The notes under the pieces are model-generated. The model had not been told where the DNA came from. It was given only the letters and a program-made list of their open reading frames with translations, and did not search any database. Shown here in pieces: positions 10,456 to 18,921 of a stretch of 64,000 nucleotides of DNA. Positions within the stretch are counted from its first letter, which is position 1. Each line of letters starts with the position of its first letter. The position numbers were made by a program, and so were the translations under genes. The stretch is from Candidatus Multivorans sp. (GTDB lineage: Bacteria; Acidobacteriota; Thermoanaerobaculia; Multivoradales; Multivoraceae), in contig CBDCVC010000003.1 of assembly GCA_965222875.1 (NCBI GenBank), positions 706,567 to 770,566 on the forward strand, read 5' to 3'.

Positions 10456-11618
10456 GGGGGAACTGGATGATGTCCGGGTCGGCACGAAGCCGGGGTGAGC
10501 ACCGGGGCCGAACGCTGCTGGCGCTTGTGCCGGTCGCGTTCCTCGTGCTCGGTTGCGAGGTCCGCACGGGACGGCCGGACGCGCTCTGGCTGCTGTGGTT
10601 GGGGCCGGGCCTGCTGCTCTTCTACGCATACGCGTTCCGCACCCGGGCCCGGTTGCTCGGCCGCTTCGCTTCGCGCGAGATGTTGTCGGTCCTGGTCGCC
10701 GGAGTCAGCCGGCCCCGGCGTCGTCTGAAGGCGTTTCTCGTGCTGGTGGCGCTGCTCGCCCTGGTGGCGTCTCTTGCCCAGCCCCGCTGGGGCTTCGTCT
10801 GGGAGGAGGTCCACCGCGAGGGCGTCGACATCGTGGTCGCTCTCGATGTCTCGGACTCGATGCTGGTGCGTGACGCGGAAGCGGGCGGCGAACTCAGCCG
10901 GCTCGAGCGCGCCAAGCGCGAGATCGCCGATCTGCTCCGACGCCTGGAGGGCGATCGCATCGCCCTCGTGGCGTTTGCCGGTGCGGCCTTCCTGGAACTG
11001 CCGCTGACGCTCGACTACTCGGCGGCCGCTCTCTTTCTGGAGGCCATGGCGCCGGATCTGATCCCAACCAAGGGCACCGCGATCGGTGAGGCGCTGCGGG
11101 TCTCGCTCGATGCGTTCGACCGGGTCGCCTCGGTCGGATCGCGGCAGTCGCGCGCCGTGATCCTGATCACCGACGGGGAGGATCATCTCGGCGAGGCGCA
11201 GGAAGTCGCCGGGGCCGCCGCCGCGGCCGGCGTGAGGGTGTTCGCGATCGGCATCGGGCGCGACGAGGGTGCGCCCATTCCCAGGGCGGGCGGCGGTTTC
11301 CGCACCGACCGCCGGGGCGAGATCATCCTGAGCCGGCTGGACGAGGCGGCTCTGCAGCGGATCGCCCTGACCACCGGCGGCCGCTACGTCCGCTCGGTGA
11401 CCGGCGATGTGGACCTGGAGCAGATCTACGCCCAGGGCATCAAGGCACAGCTACAAGACCAGGAACTCGGTTCCAGCCGTCGCCAGCGCTGGCAGGAGCG
11501 CTTCCAGTGGCTGCTGGTCATCGCGCTGGTCGCGCTGATGCTGGAACCGCTGATCGGCGACCGCTTGCGGCGCCGCGACGTGACGCTCGAAGGAGGCGAC
11601 CATGCAGCCACGGCGTGA
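10452..11618 (+). CDS. batB: BatB-like vWA domain membrane protein
   Basis: VDIVVALDVSDSM...IALVAFAGAAFLELPLTLDYSAA...ITDGEDH, with flanking TM segments. GTG 10452 overlaps the BatA stop. Confidence 0.85.
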   Translation: MRGNWMMSGSARSRGEHRGRTLLALVPVAFLVLGCEVRTGRPDALWLLWLGPGLLLFYAYAFRTRARLLGRFASREMLSVLVAGVSRPRRRLKAFLVLVALLALVASLAQPRWGFVWEEVHREGVDIVVALDVSDSMLVRDAEAGGELSRLERAKREIADLLRRLEGDRIALVAFAGAAFLELPLTLDYSAAALFLEAMAPDLIPTKGTAIGEALRVSLDAFDRVASVGSRQSRAVILITDGEDHLGEAQEVAGAAAAAGVRVFAIGIGRDEGAPIPRAGGGFRTDRRGEIILSRLDEAALQRIALTTGGRYVRSVTGDVDLEQIYAQGIKAQLQDQELGSSRRQRWQERFQWLLVIALVALMLEPLIGDRLRRRDVTLEGGDHAATA

Positions 11619-12495
11619 AGCCCGCTTCGAGCCGCTCGTTCTCCTTGCGTGGGGGCTGTTGCTTCCGCTCACCGCGGGCGCACAGCCGCCGGCCGGGGGG
11701 CCGCCGCAACCGCTTCCGCCGCAGGCGGCGCCCGAGACGCCGCCGGTCGAGTACTCCTCGCCCTACGATGCGTTCGACGCCGGCGACTACGCCCAGGCCC
11801 TCGACGGCTTCGTGGACCGGCAGAGCAGGCGGCCCGACGATCCGGAACTGAGCCTCAACGTCGGCGCGGCGCACTTCAAGTTGAACGACTTCGAGTCTGC
11901 AGACGCCCAGTTCTACCGCGCCGCGGCGATCGGCGACGACGAGTTGCGGGCTCAGGCGCTCTACAACTTCGGCAACAGCGCCTACCGCCAGGGCAAGCTG
12001 GGAGAAGCGATCGACCTCTACATGGCTTCCCTGGAGGCGAATCCGGACGACGTGGACACGAAGTTCAATCTGGAGTTCGTGCGCGAGGAGTTGAAGAAGC
12101 AGCAACAGCAGCAGAACCAGAACGGTCAGGACCAAGAGCAGCAGGACCAGGAACAGCAGAGCCAGGAGGGCGCCGAGCAGCAGCCGGAGGACTCGGACCA
12201 GGGCGGGGACGAGCAGCCCGAAGACCAGCAGCAGGACCACGGCGCCCAGGGCCAGGACCAGTCGGAGGACCAGGCGCCGCAGGACAGCGACGGTGACGGC
12301 ATCCCCGACGCGGCGGATTCACCGCCCGAGGAGGATGGCTCGGACCCCGGCAATCAGGGCGGGCCCCAGGAACCGCCGCCGGGCATGACGCCGGAGGAGG
12401 CCGAGCGCTACCTGCAGGCACTGGAGGAGGGGCGCCTCGACCCGAATCGGCGTGGTCAGCGCGGCCGCAGTAGCCGTCAGGCGAAGGACTGGTAG
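11602..12495 (+). CDS. batC: BatC-like TPR-repeat protein with long acidic Q/E/D-rich low-complexity tail
   Basis: Signal peptide, then TPR-like AQALYNFGNSAYRQGKLGEAIDLYMASLEANPDD. Residues about 160-270 are KKQQQQQNQNGQDQEQQDQEQQSQEGAEQQPEDSDQGGDEQPEDQQQD... . Confidence 0.8.
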   Translation: MQPRREARFEPLVLLAWGLLLPLTAGAQPPAGGPPQPLPPQAAPETPPVEYSSPYDAFDAGDYAQALDGFVDRQSRRPDDPELSLNVGAAHFKLNDFESADAQFYRAAAIGDDELRAQALYNFGNSAYRQGKLGEAIDLYMASLEANPDDVDTKFNLEFVREELKKQQQQQNQNGQDQEQQDQEQQSQEGAEQQPEDSDQGGDEQPEDQQQDHGAQGQDQSEDQAPQDSDGDGIPDAADSPPEEDGSDPGNQGGPQEPPPGMTPEEAERYLQALEEGRLDPNRRGQRGRSSRQAKDW

Positions 12496-12499
12496 GTCG

Positions 12500-14350
12500 A
12501 TGGATTCGAGGAGACGACCGTTCCGTCGGCCGAGCAGGAGGCGCTCTGTCGCCCTCGGATGGTCTGCGGTCCTTTGTGCGTCGTTCTTGGCCATGCCGGG
12601 GGCAACGGCGGTCGGGGCACAGGAACCGGGGGCGATCCAGGTCACGGTGGACCGCAACCAGGTCGCTCTCGGGACCCAGATCTACCTGACGATCAGGCTC
12701 AACGGCTCCCCCGACGAGCCGCCGAGGCTGCCCGAGCTGCCGGACTTCCGGGTCGTGTCGCGTGGTGAAGAGCGGCAGACCCGGATCGACAACGGCAGGG
12801 TCAGCAACAGCACTTCCTACACCTACCTGCTGATCCCGGTGCGGGCCGGCACGTTCGAGGTCGGAGCGGCGACGGCCCTGGTCAACGGAGCCGAGGTCAG
12901 GAGCCAGCCGTTCACGGTCCAGGTCGCCGCTGCCGAGGAAGACGGCGGTGAGCAGAACCGGGATCTCTTCGTCACCGCCTCCGTCTCCACCGGCCGGCCA
13001 TGGCAGGGGCAGCAGGTGATCTACACGTGGCGCTTCTACAGCCGCGTGCAGGTCGGCCAGGGGTCGATCGAATCGATGGATTTCGGCGGCGATGTGGTGG
13101 CCGAAGACTTGGGCGAGGTACGCCAGTTTCCGACCGCGATCGAGGGCGTTCAGTACTCGGTGAACGAGGTGCGCAAGGCGCTCTTTCCACAGCGGGCCGG
13201 TGAGATCGTGCTGCCGCCGACCCAGCTCAGCGTGGAGGTGCTGGTGGAGGCGCCGCGCCGGCAGAGCCGGCGGCGCGGCATCTTCGACGACTTCGACAGT
13301 CTGCTCGGTCGTGGTGGACGCTGGGAGACGAAGTACCTGGTCACGGAACCCGTGACTCTCAACGTGCGGCCGCTGCCGCCGCCTCCCGCGGGTTGGAACG
13401 GTCTGGTCGGGGATTTCGACATCAGTGCCTCGCTGAGCCGGCGCGCGTTGCAGGTGGGTCAGTCGGCCACGCTGGAGGTGCGGGTCGCCGGCGCCGGCAA
13501 TGTGCAGCTTCTGTCCGAGCCGCCGTTTCCCGAACTGCCGGCGTTCAAGATCTATCCGGACCAACCGACCGGCACCGTCGACAACAGCGGCCGCCTGCTC
13601 AGCGGTCGCAAGGTCTTTCGCCGGGCGCTGGTGCCTCTCGTGGTCGGCGCGCTCGACATTCCGCCACTCGAGCTCGTCTACTTCGATCCGGAGCTTGGCG
13701 ACTACGTGGAGCGCTCGACGGATCGCATCGACCTGGAGGTGACCCCGGCGGATGGCGAGGAGGAGCTGATGCTTACCGAATCGCTGGCGCCGACCACCGG
13801 CAAGGTGGCGGTGCGGATCCTCGCCGACGACATTCTGCCGATCCGCCGGACGGCCGCCGGCATCGTGTCCGCCGCCCCTCAGGGCTGGCTGGCGTGGTTG
13901 TGGCTGGCCGGCGGCGTGCTGCCGCCGGTCCTGTACCTGGTCCTGCTCACCCAGTATCGGCGCGAGCGCCGGTACGCCGCCGACAGGACGCTGCGCCGGC
14001 GCCAGCGGGCTCTGCGGCAGGCTCTGGCCGGGGCGAAGAAGCTGCCATCCGGTTCGGGACAAGCAGCAGCGGCCGAAGCTTCCAGGGTGCTGCGGTCCTA
14101 CGTCGGCGACAAGTTGGGCATCGAGGGTGCGGCCCTGACGCCGGCCGAAGCGGAGACGGCGCTGGTTCAGGCCGGTGTGGCGCCGGGCGTGGCGGCGCAC
14201 TGCCGGGCGGAACTGGAACGGTTCGAGGCGGCTCAGTACGGCGTTGCGGCGGTTTCCGGGGGCGCCGAGGCTGTGGCTGGCGGCGCGGGCGACGGTTTGA
14301 GCGAGTTGATCCGGACCATCGACCGGCAGTTCCGGGGGAGAAGGACGTGA
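12500..14350 (+). CDS. batD: BatD-like (oxygen-tolerance) protein
   Basis: Signal peptide, BatD-type N-terminal region (VTVDRNQVALGTQIYLTIRLNG...FTVQVAAA) and C-terminal TM helix (WLAWLWLAGGVLPPVLYLVLL). Directly downstream of BatC. Confidence 0.8.
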   Translation: MDSRRRPFRRPSRRRSVALGWSAVLCASFLAMPGATAVGAQEPGAIQVTVDRNQVALGTQIYLTIRLNGSPDEPPRLPELPDFRVVSRGEERQTRIDNGRVSNSTSYTYLLIPVRAGTFEVGAATALVNGAEVRSQPFTVQVAAAEEDGGEQNRDLFVTASVSTGRPWQGQQVIYTWRFYSRVQVGQGSIESMDFGGDVVAEDLGEVRQFPTAIEGVQYSVNEVRKALFPQRAGEIVLPPTQLSVEVLVEAPRRQSRRRGIFDDFDSLLGRGGRWETKYLVTEPVTLNVRPLPPPPAGWNGLVGDFDISASLSRRALQVGQSATLEVRVAGAGNVQLLSEPPFPELPAFKIYPDQPTGTVDNSGRLLSGRKVFRRALVPLVVGALDIPPLELVYFDPELGDYVERSTDRIDLEVTPADGEEELMLTESLAPTTGKVAVRILADDILPIRRTAAGIVSAAPQGWLAWLWLAGGVLPPVLYLVLLTQYRRERRYAADRTLRRRQRALRQALAGAKKLPSGSGQAAAAEASRVLRSYVGDKLGIEGAALTPAEAETALVQAGVAPGVAAHCRAELERFEAAQYGVAAVSGGAEAVAGGAGDGLSELIRTIDRQFRGRRT

Positions 14351-15153
14351 GACGGGGTTTGGCGCTCTTCTTCGTTCTTGTGGCTGCGGCGGGATCCATC
14401 GCCGGCCAGCCGGCGCCGCTGCCCGTGGTCACCGAGGCCCCGGCCGTCGAGGAGACGCCGGAGGCGCCGGAGCCCGCGGAGCTCTGGGTCAACGGCAATG
14501 CCGCCTACGAGGCCGGGGACTTCGAGACCGCGGTGTCGCTCTACCGTGAAATGGACGGCATGGGGGTCGAGAACGGTCACCTCCACTACAACCTCGGGAA
14601 CGCCTACCTGCGCGCCGGCGAGCTGGGACGGGCGGTCGCGTCGTACCGCCGGTCGCTGCGCCTGTTGCCGCGCGACGAGGATGCTCTCGCGAACCTGGCT
14701 TTCGCTCGCCGCAGCGCCCGCGACGAGATCGCGCCGCCGGCGCCTCCGGTACTGCTGCGGACCCTGCTGTTCTGGCACTACAGCCTGGCGCCGGCCGAGG
14801 TTCTTCGCAGCGTCGTGCTGGTCAGCGCGGCGTTCTGGATCGTGCTCGCCCTGCGGCTCTACCGGCGCGCTTCGGAGGTGCTCCGGTGGTCCGCCGTCTG
14901 CCTGCTTGTCGTGGGGCTCGCGCTGGGCGGCTCGCTCGTCGCCCACGCGGCCTTCGCGCCCGCCACAGCCGTCGTCCTGCCGCAGGAGATCGACCTCCAC
15001 GCCGCCGCCGGGGAAGGCTCGGTTGTCCGCTTCCGCCTCCATGCCGGCACCGAGGTACAGGTCATCGAACAGCGACCGGAGTGGATCCGCATCGAGCTGC
15101 CGGATGGTCAGCGGGGCTGGTCGAAGCGCGAATACGTGGAGCTTGTAGAGTGA
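14347..15153 (+). CDS. batE: BatE-like TPR + SH3b domain protein
   Basis: GTG 14347 overlaps the BatD stop. TPR (GNAAYEAGDFETAVSLYREM...YNLGNAYLRAGELGRAVASYRRSL), TM helices, and a C-terminal SH3-like domain (VQVIEQRPEWIRIELPDGQRGWSKREYVELV). Confidence 0.8.
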   Translation: MRRGLALFFVLVAAAGSIAGQPAPLPVVTEAPAVEETPEAPEPAELWVNGNAAYEAGDFETAVSLYREMDGMGVENGHLHYNLGNAYLRAGELGRAVASYRRSLRLLPRDEDALANLAFARRSARDEIAPPAPPVLLRTLLFWHYSLAPAEVLRSVVLVSAAFWIVLALRLYRRASEVLRWSAVCLLVVGLALGGSLVAHAAFAPATAVVLPQEIDLHAAAGEGSVVRFRLHAGTEVQVIEQRPEWIRIELPDGQRGWSKREYVELVE

Positions 15154-15183
15154 GCGCAGCGCAGATGTCTTGAGGAGAATCGC

Positions 15184-15435
15184 ATGAGACGGATGTACTC
15201 GGTCACAGCAGTTTGGGACGATGAGGCCCAGGTGTTCTACTGCGAGAGCGACATCGAAGGCCTCCATATCGAGGCGGCTACGCTTGAGGAGTTCCAGGGC
15301 CTGATTGCCGAGCACGCGCCTGAGCTGATCATCGCGAACCACCTGAAGCCGAGGGACATCGCGAGAATGTCGCTCGGGGATCTCATCCCGGCGATCTTGT
15401 TGCAGGCACAGGTTCCAGCGGGGCACGCGGCTTGA
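15184..15435 (+). CDS. DUF1902-family small protein (HicB-like antitoxin N-terminal-domain type)
   Basis: MRRMYSVTAVWDDEAQVFYCESDIEGLHIEAATLEEFQGLIAEHAPELIIAN matches the DUF1902 pattern (..A.WD.EA.V....SD..GL..EA.T.EE.......PEL). Confidence 0.55.
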   Translation: MRRMYSVTAVWDDEAQVFYCESDIEGLHIEAATLEEFQGLIAEHAPELIIANHLKPRDIARMSLGDLIPAILLQAQVPAGHAA

Positions 15436-15436
15436 C

Positions 15437-15664
15437 GTGGCGCAGGGCTTCTACCGGCAGGTAGTCCGGCAGTTGTCGTTGCTCGGCTTTGAGCAGGTCA
15501 AGGGAGGCAAGGGCTCCCAAACGGCTCTGAGCCGTCAACGGTTCGCGGCGAAGCGACGTCCGACGATCCCGAAGAAGGCGGCAAGGAACCGGAACGTCAG
15601 GCCCCACACGATGTGCCGCTCGGATTCGCCGACGACGACGCCGGGGAAGCTCACCTCGGGATAG
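15437..15664 (+). pseudogene. HicA (YcfA)-like toxin remnant, probably degenerate
   Basis: LSLLGFEQVKGGKGSQ resembles the HicA core (..GFE.VRQKGSHH) but the catalytic His is replaced by Gln, the C-terminus diverges, and the ORF overlaps the 3' end of the convergent NUDIX gene by about 130 nt. Confidence 0.3.
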
Positions 15665-16149
15665 GGCGGATGGCGGTAGTCGATGACCCGGGAGGGATCC
15701 TCGAACCAGGCCAGGGGCACCCAGAACGCCTCGGCGACTTCGTAGTTCAGGACCAGGTCGTTGCCTGTAGTTCCCTCGACCTCGTAGACGAAGGCCGCGA
15801 TGCGGAGCTGCCTTCCCTGGCCGGCACGCTGTCCCGTCTGATCGTCGAGCCGGCCGATCAGGCGGGCGCTCTCGAGCGACAGGCCGACTTCCTCCGCGGT
15901 CTCCCGCTCGGCGGTGTGTTGCAGATCCCGGTCGGTGTCGTCATGGCGGCCGCCGGGAAACGCCATCTGACCCGACCACGGGTCTCCTGGTTTGCGGGCG
16001 CGCTCGATGAACAGTGACTCAGGTCCCGCAGCCGAAGGGCGAAGGATGATCCCTACGCTGGCCTCGAACTCGGCCGACGGACGGATGAGGGCCTCGTGAG
16101 CCGCCAGCCGGCGGCGTATCGTGACGAGATCGACTCCCGGCTGCGGCAC
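15535..16149 (-). CDS. NUDIX hydrolase (CoA pyrophosphatase-like)
   Basis: Nudix box GGRHDDTDRDLQHTAERETAEEVGL in the C-terminal part of ORF 15535..16881. Proposed GTG start at 16149 lies immediately after the upstream hydrolase stop. The remainder of the 448-aa ORF is an antisense artefact. Confidence 0.8.
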   Translation of the reverse strand: MPQPGVDLVTIRRRLAAHEALIRPSAEFEASVGIILRPSAAGPESLFIERARKPGDPWSGQMAFPGGRHDDTDRDLQHTAERETAEEVGLSLESARLIGRLDDQTGQRAGQGRQLRIAAFVYEVEGTTGNDLVLNYEVAEAFWVPLAWFEDPSRVIDYRHPPYPEVSFPGVVVGESERHIVWGLTFRFLAAFFGIVGRRFAANR

Positions 16150-16151
16150 CC

Positions 16152-17255
16152 CTACGCGCTGAACGTCGCAGTCAGCCAATCGATCAGCACCCGGTTGAAC
16201 TCCTCGGGCTTCTCCTGCTGGGTCCAGTGGCCGCAGTCCTTGATCGTGTGCTTGTCGATGTTCGGCGCCAGCGCTTCGATGCCGTCGGCGGACGAGGGGG
16301 GAAGGACGACGTCGTTCTCGGCGCCGATGTATAGGCACGGCTGCTCGATCTTCTGGTCGATGTCCTTCATCAACTCCCAGTTGCGGTCGATGTTCCGGTA
16401 CCAGTTGACGCCGCCGGTGAAGCCGGTGCGCTCGTAGGTGGTGACGAAATGGGCCAGTTCTTCCTCGGTGAGCAGGAGTTCGCCGCGCAAGTCGTCTGCC
16501 GTTCCGTGCTTGATGATCTCCAGCAACTGGAACTTCCGCTCCGGCGCGTCGGCGGGAAGCTTGTTGAAGGCTTCGGCATCCCACGTTCCGCGGCGCATGA
16601 AGGTGCGGAAGGTCTTCTCGGTGTCCGCCTCGAGCACTGCTTCCGCCCTGTACGGTTCCTGGAAAGCGACGACGTAGTTGTCCTCGCCGCGCACCCGGCG
16701 CAGGATCTCGATCGGCGGCGCGGTCGGTTGGCCGGTGGGCGTGTTCACGCCGACGACGCCGAGGACGCGGTCGGAGTGCAGCCGCGGCATCGCCCAGACC
16801 ACGCCGCCGCCCCAGTCGTGGCCCACGAAGACCGCTTTCTCGATGCCCCGGGCGTCGAGCAGACCGACCAGGTCGGCGCACAGCTCGGCCATGTTGTAGG
16901 CCTCGATCGCCAGCGGACGCTGGGTGTTGCCGTAGCCCCGCTGATCAGGCGCCAGGGCACGGAAGCCAGCCGCCGACACCTCCGGCAACTGGTGGCGCCA
17001 CGAGTAGGCGAGCTCGGGGAAGCCGTGGCTGAAGATGACCGGCACGCCTTCGGATCCCGCCTCGTAGACGGCCATCCGCAGGCCGGTGCCCGTGCGGATG
17101 TAGTTCGGTTCGGGCCAGGCCGGGGTCTCGTGCTCGGCGGCCGCCGCGGGTTTCGCGTTGGCCGCTAGCGCTGCGGCGCTCAGGGTCGAACCGGCGATCA
17201 GTGTGCGGCGGGTCATGGGTGTGTCGGAGTCGTTCGAATCGTCGTGTGTGGTCAT
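16152..17255 (-). CDS. Alpha/beta-fold hydrolase (epoxide-hydrolase-like) with twin-arginine signal peptide
   Basis: Tat motif MTRRTLIAGSTLSAAALAANA. HGFPELAYSWRHQ, VGHDWGG nucleophile elbow, and a C-terminal catalytic His region. Confidence 0.8.
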   Translation of the reverse strand: MTTHDDSNDSDTPMTRRTLIAGSTLSAAALAANAKPAAAAEHETPAWPEPNYIRTGTGLRMAVYEAGSEGVPVIFSHGFPELAYSWRHQLPEVSAAGFRALAPDQRGYGNTQRPLAIEAYNMAELCADLVGLLDARGIEKAVFVGHDWGGGVVWAMPRLHSDRVLGVVGVNTPTGQPTAPPIEILRRVRGEDNYVVAFQEPYRAEAVLEADTEKTFRTFMRRGTWDAEAFNKLPADAPERKFQLLEIIKHGTADDLRGELLLTEEELAHFVTTYERTGFTGGVNWYRNIDRNWELMKDIDQKIEQPCLYIGAENDVVLPPSSADGIEALAPNIDKHTIKDCGHWTQQEKPEEFNRVLIDWLTATFSA

Positions 17256-17292
17256 GGCGGGGAATCGTAGCTGAGGGCCCGGCCCCTGTTCT

Positions 17293-17805
17293 TCAGCCTG
17301 TCTCAGGCTCCGCACCCGTCGGTGGGGACGGCCAGGGTCTTGTGCGGATCACCCGGCCTACGTCGCTGGGACTGGCGATTCTGCGCTGAACCTGCAGAAC
17401 CTCGTTCATCCGCGCGTGGATCTCGGGCGGAAACGGCGTACTGCGCCGTGTGTCCAGATCGATGTGAATGCTCAGCAGTTCGTGGGTGGCGGCGACGTAG
17501 CCCTCGTCGGCGTGAAGCATGCGCATGAAGGTGTGGTACTTCTTGTCGTCGAAGCCGAGGAGTTCCGCTTCTACGATGATCGGCGCGCCCTCGGGCAACT
17601 CCCGCAGCCAGGTGAGGTGGCTGTCTATCGAGAAAGTGGAGCGCCGGTTCGACTTGCGGTACGTCTGATCGACGCCCAGGAACGCGGTCCAGGGGCCGGT
17701 CGCGTCGTCGAACACGACCAGGTAGTAGCCGGCATTCATGTGGCCATTGTGGTCGATCCACTCGGGCAGGACCGTGCCGGTCCAGATGGGCTGCGGGTCG
17801 GTCAT
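17293..17805 (-). CDS. Acyl-CoA thioesterase, hotdog (4HBT) fold
   Basis: MTDPQPIWTGTVLPEWIDHNGHMNAGYYLVVFDDATG... is the typical thioesterase N-terminus. Start at internal Met. Confidence 0.7.
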   Translation of the reverse strand: MTDPQPIWTGTVLPEWIDHNGHMNAGYYLVVFDDATGPWTAFLGVDQTYRKSNRRSTFSIDSHLTWLRELPEGAPIIVEAELLGFDDKKYHTFMRMLHADEGYVAATHELLSIHIDLDTRRSTPFPPEIHARMNEVLQVQRRIASPSDVGRVIRTRPWPSPPTGAEPETG

Positions 17806-17812
17806 GAAGGCG

Positions 17813-18229
17813 TTACAGAACCCGGAAGCCCTCGAGGCGCGCGGCCGCCGAGAGCCTCTCGTCGCTGCAGACGACGTCGATGACATCTGGATGATCCGCC
17901 GTCGCGGTCAACGCCGAGCCCAGTTGGAAGGCGTCGGCGGCGCGTAGCGGGTGGAGCCGAAGCAGAAGGGTCGCCCGTTGTCGTACGGCCTTGGTGGGAA
18001 GGACTTCCAGCCAGTCCTCCGCCAACCGGCGCAGTTGCTCCATGGGTCTGACCAACCCTTCCTCAAGGCGGCCTTCCCGGTCAATGCGGTTCAGGGCGGA
18101 CGTGCATTCGACGACCGAACCCCACCAGGTGACAATTTCATGGTCCCGGTCGAAGATCGCCTGGCGCTCTCCCGACCTCGGTTCGCTGACCAGCAGCGAG
18201 ACCAGCGCGGAGGAGTCCCAGTACTTCAG
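17813..18229 (-). CDS. PIN-domain toxin (VapC-like)
   Basis: LKYWDSSALVSLLVSEPRSGE...DAFQLGSAL is PIN-domain-like. Overlaps the upstream antitoxin stop by 4 nt. No canonical start codon at the domain N-terminus (CTG at 18229 or a rare start). Confidence 0.65.
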   Translation of the reverse strand: MKYWDSSALVSLLVSEPRSGERQAIFDRDHEIVTWWGSVVECTSALNRIDREGRLEEGLVRPMEQLRRLAEDWLEVLPTKAVRQRATLLLRLHPLRAADAFQLGSALTATADHPDVIDVVCSDERLSAAARLEGFRVL

Positions 18230-18525
18230 CGGCTTCCTCTGCGTTCGGCCACGACGATCTCGCTTGCGCTGAGGCCATCCTTCAGCTTGGGGAGCGGCTT
18301 GGCCAGAAAGCCCTCCACATCGAGCCGCTTGCGGGGAGGCGTCACGACTCCGCGCCGTACCAGCGCTTTGGCAGCCTCGCTCAACCCCAGCTCGTCCAGC
18401 CGGCAAGGCTCCAGCCGGGCCACGGGCTCGCCGCGGTGCGTGATCAGCACGCTCTCGCCGCGACGGACCTCCTTCAGCAGCGCACTGAATCCGTCCTTCG
18501 CTTCACTCACACTGGCTCGCTTCAT
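18226..18525 (-). CDS. Phd/YefM-family antitoxin
   Basis: MKRASVSEAKDGFSALLKEVRRGESVLITHRGEPVARLEP is canonical Phd/YefM. 99 aa. Confidence 0.8.
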   Translation of the reverse strand: MKRASVSEAKDGFSALLKEVRRGESVLITHRGEPVARLEPCRLDELGLSEAAKALVRRGVVTPPRKRLDVEGFLAKPLPKLKDGLSASEIVVAERRGSR

Positions 18526-18656
18526 CTGGCTATTCTGGCCAGGTCGATCTGGCCTGTCAAGCCTCTTCGATCCAGTGTGATCCGAACGGCGAGCCCCCGA
18601 GGCTGTCCGGCGGCGGCGGTCTCGCTCTGTCGCATGTCCAGACCCCGCCGCGCGGC

Positions 18657-18686
18657 TTGACATGGCGGAGCCTGAGCGCGCACAAT
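18657..18686 (+). promoter_or_regulatory. Candidate sigma70-like promoter (TTGACA, 18-nt spacer, CACAAT) about 230 nt upstream of the homocitrate synthase gene
   Basis: TTGACA at 18657-18662 and CACAAT at 18681-18686 on the + strand, in the divergent intergenic region between phd/vapC and the hcs-like gene. Confidence 0.3.
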
Positions 18687-18921
18687 CCGCGCTCACCGTC
18701 CTTCCGACTCGTCTGCGGGCGGGGGTTCGGTGCGGCGCGACAACCGCGACATGATCCACTCGACACACGCCTCGTCTCTGCTCAACCGGCTCGACAAGCC
18801 GGGCGCGAAGCCCCGGCTTCAGGACTGGGTGCCTACGGGCTAGAGATCAACGCAGCGAGACCTTTCGGCCGGCCATCCAGTTCTGGGATGCGCCGGCTTC
18901 TCTGTACCTAGAGGACAGTCC

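Noticed and set aside
16150-16881. N-terminal 240 codons of ORF 15535..16881 (-).
   Set aside because: They overlap the alpha/beta hydrolase gene in another frame. The NUDIX domain starts only after the hydrolase stop, and GTG at 16149 gives a sensible 205-aa protein.
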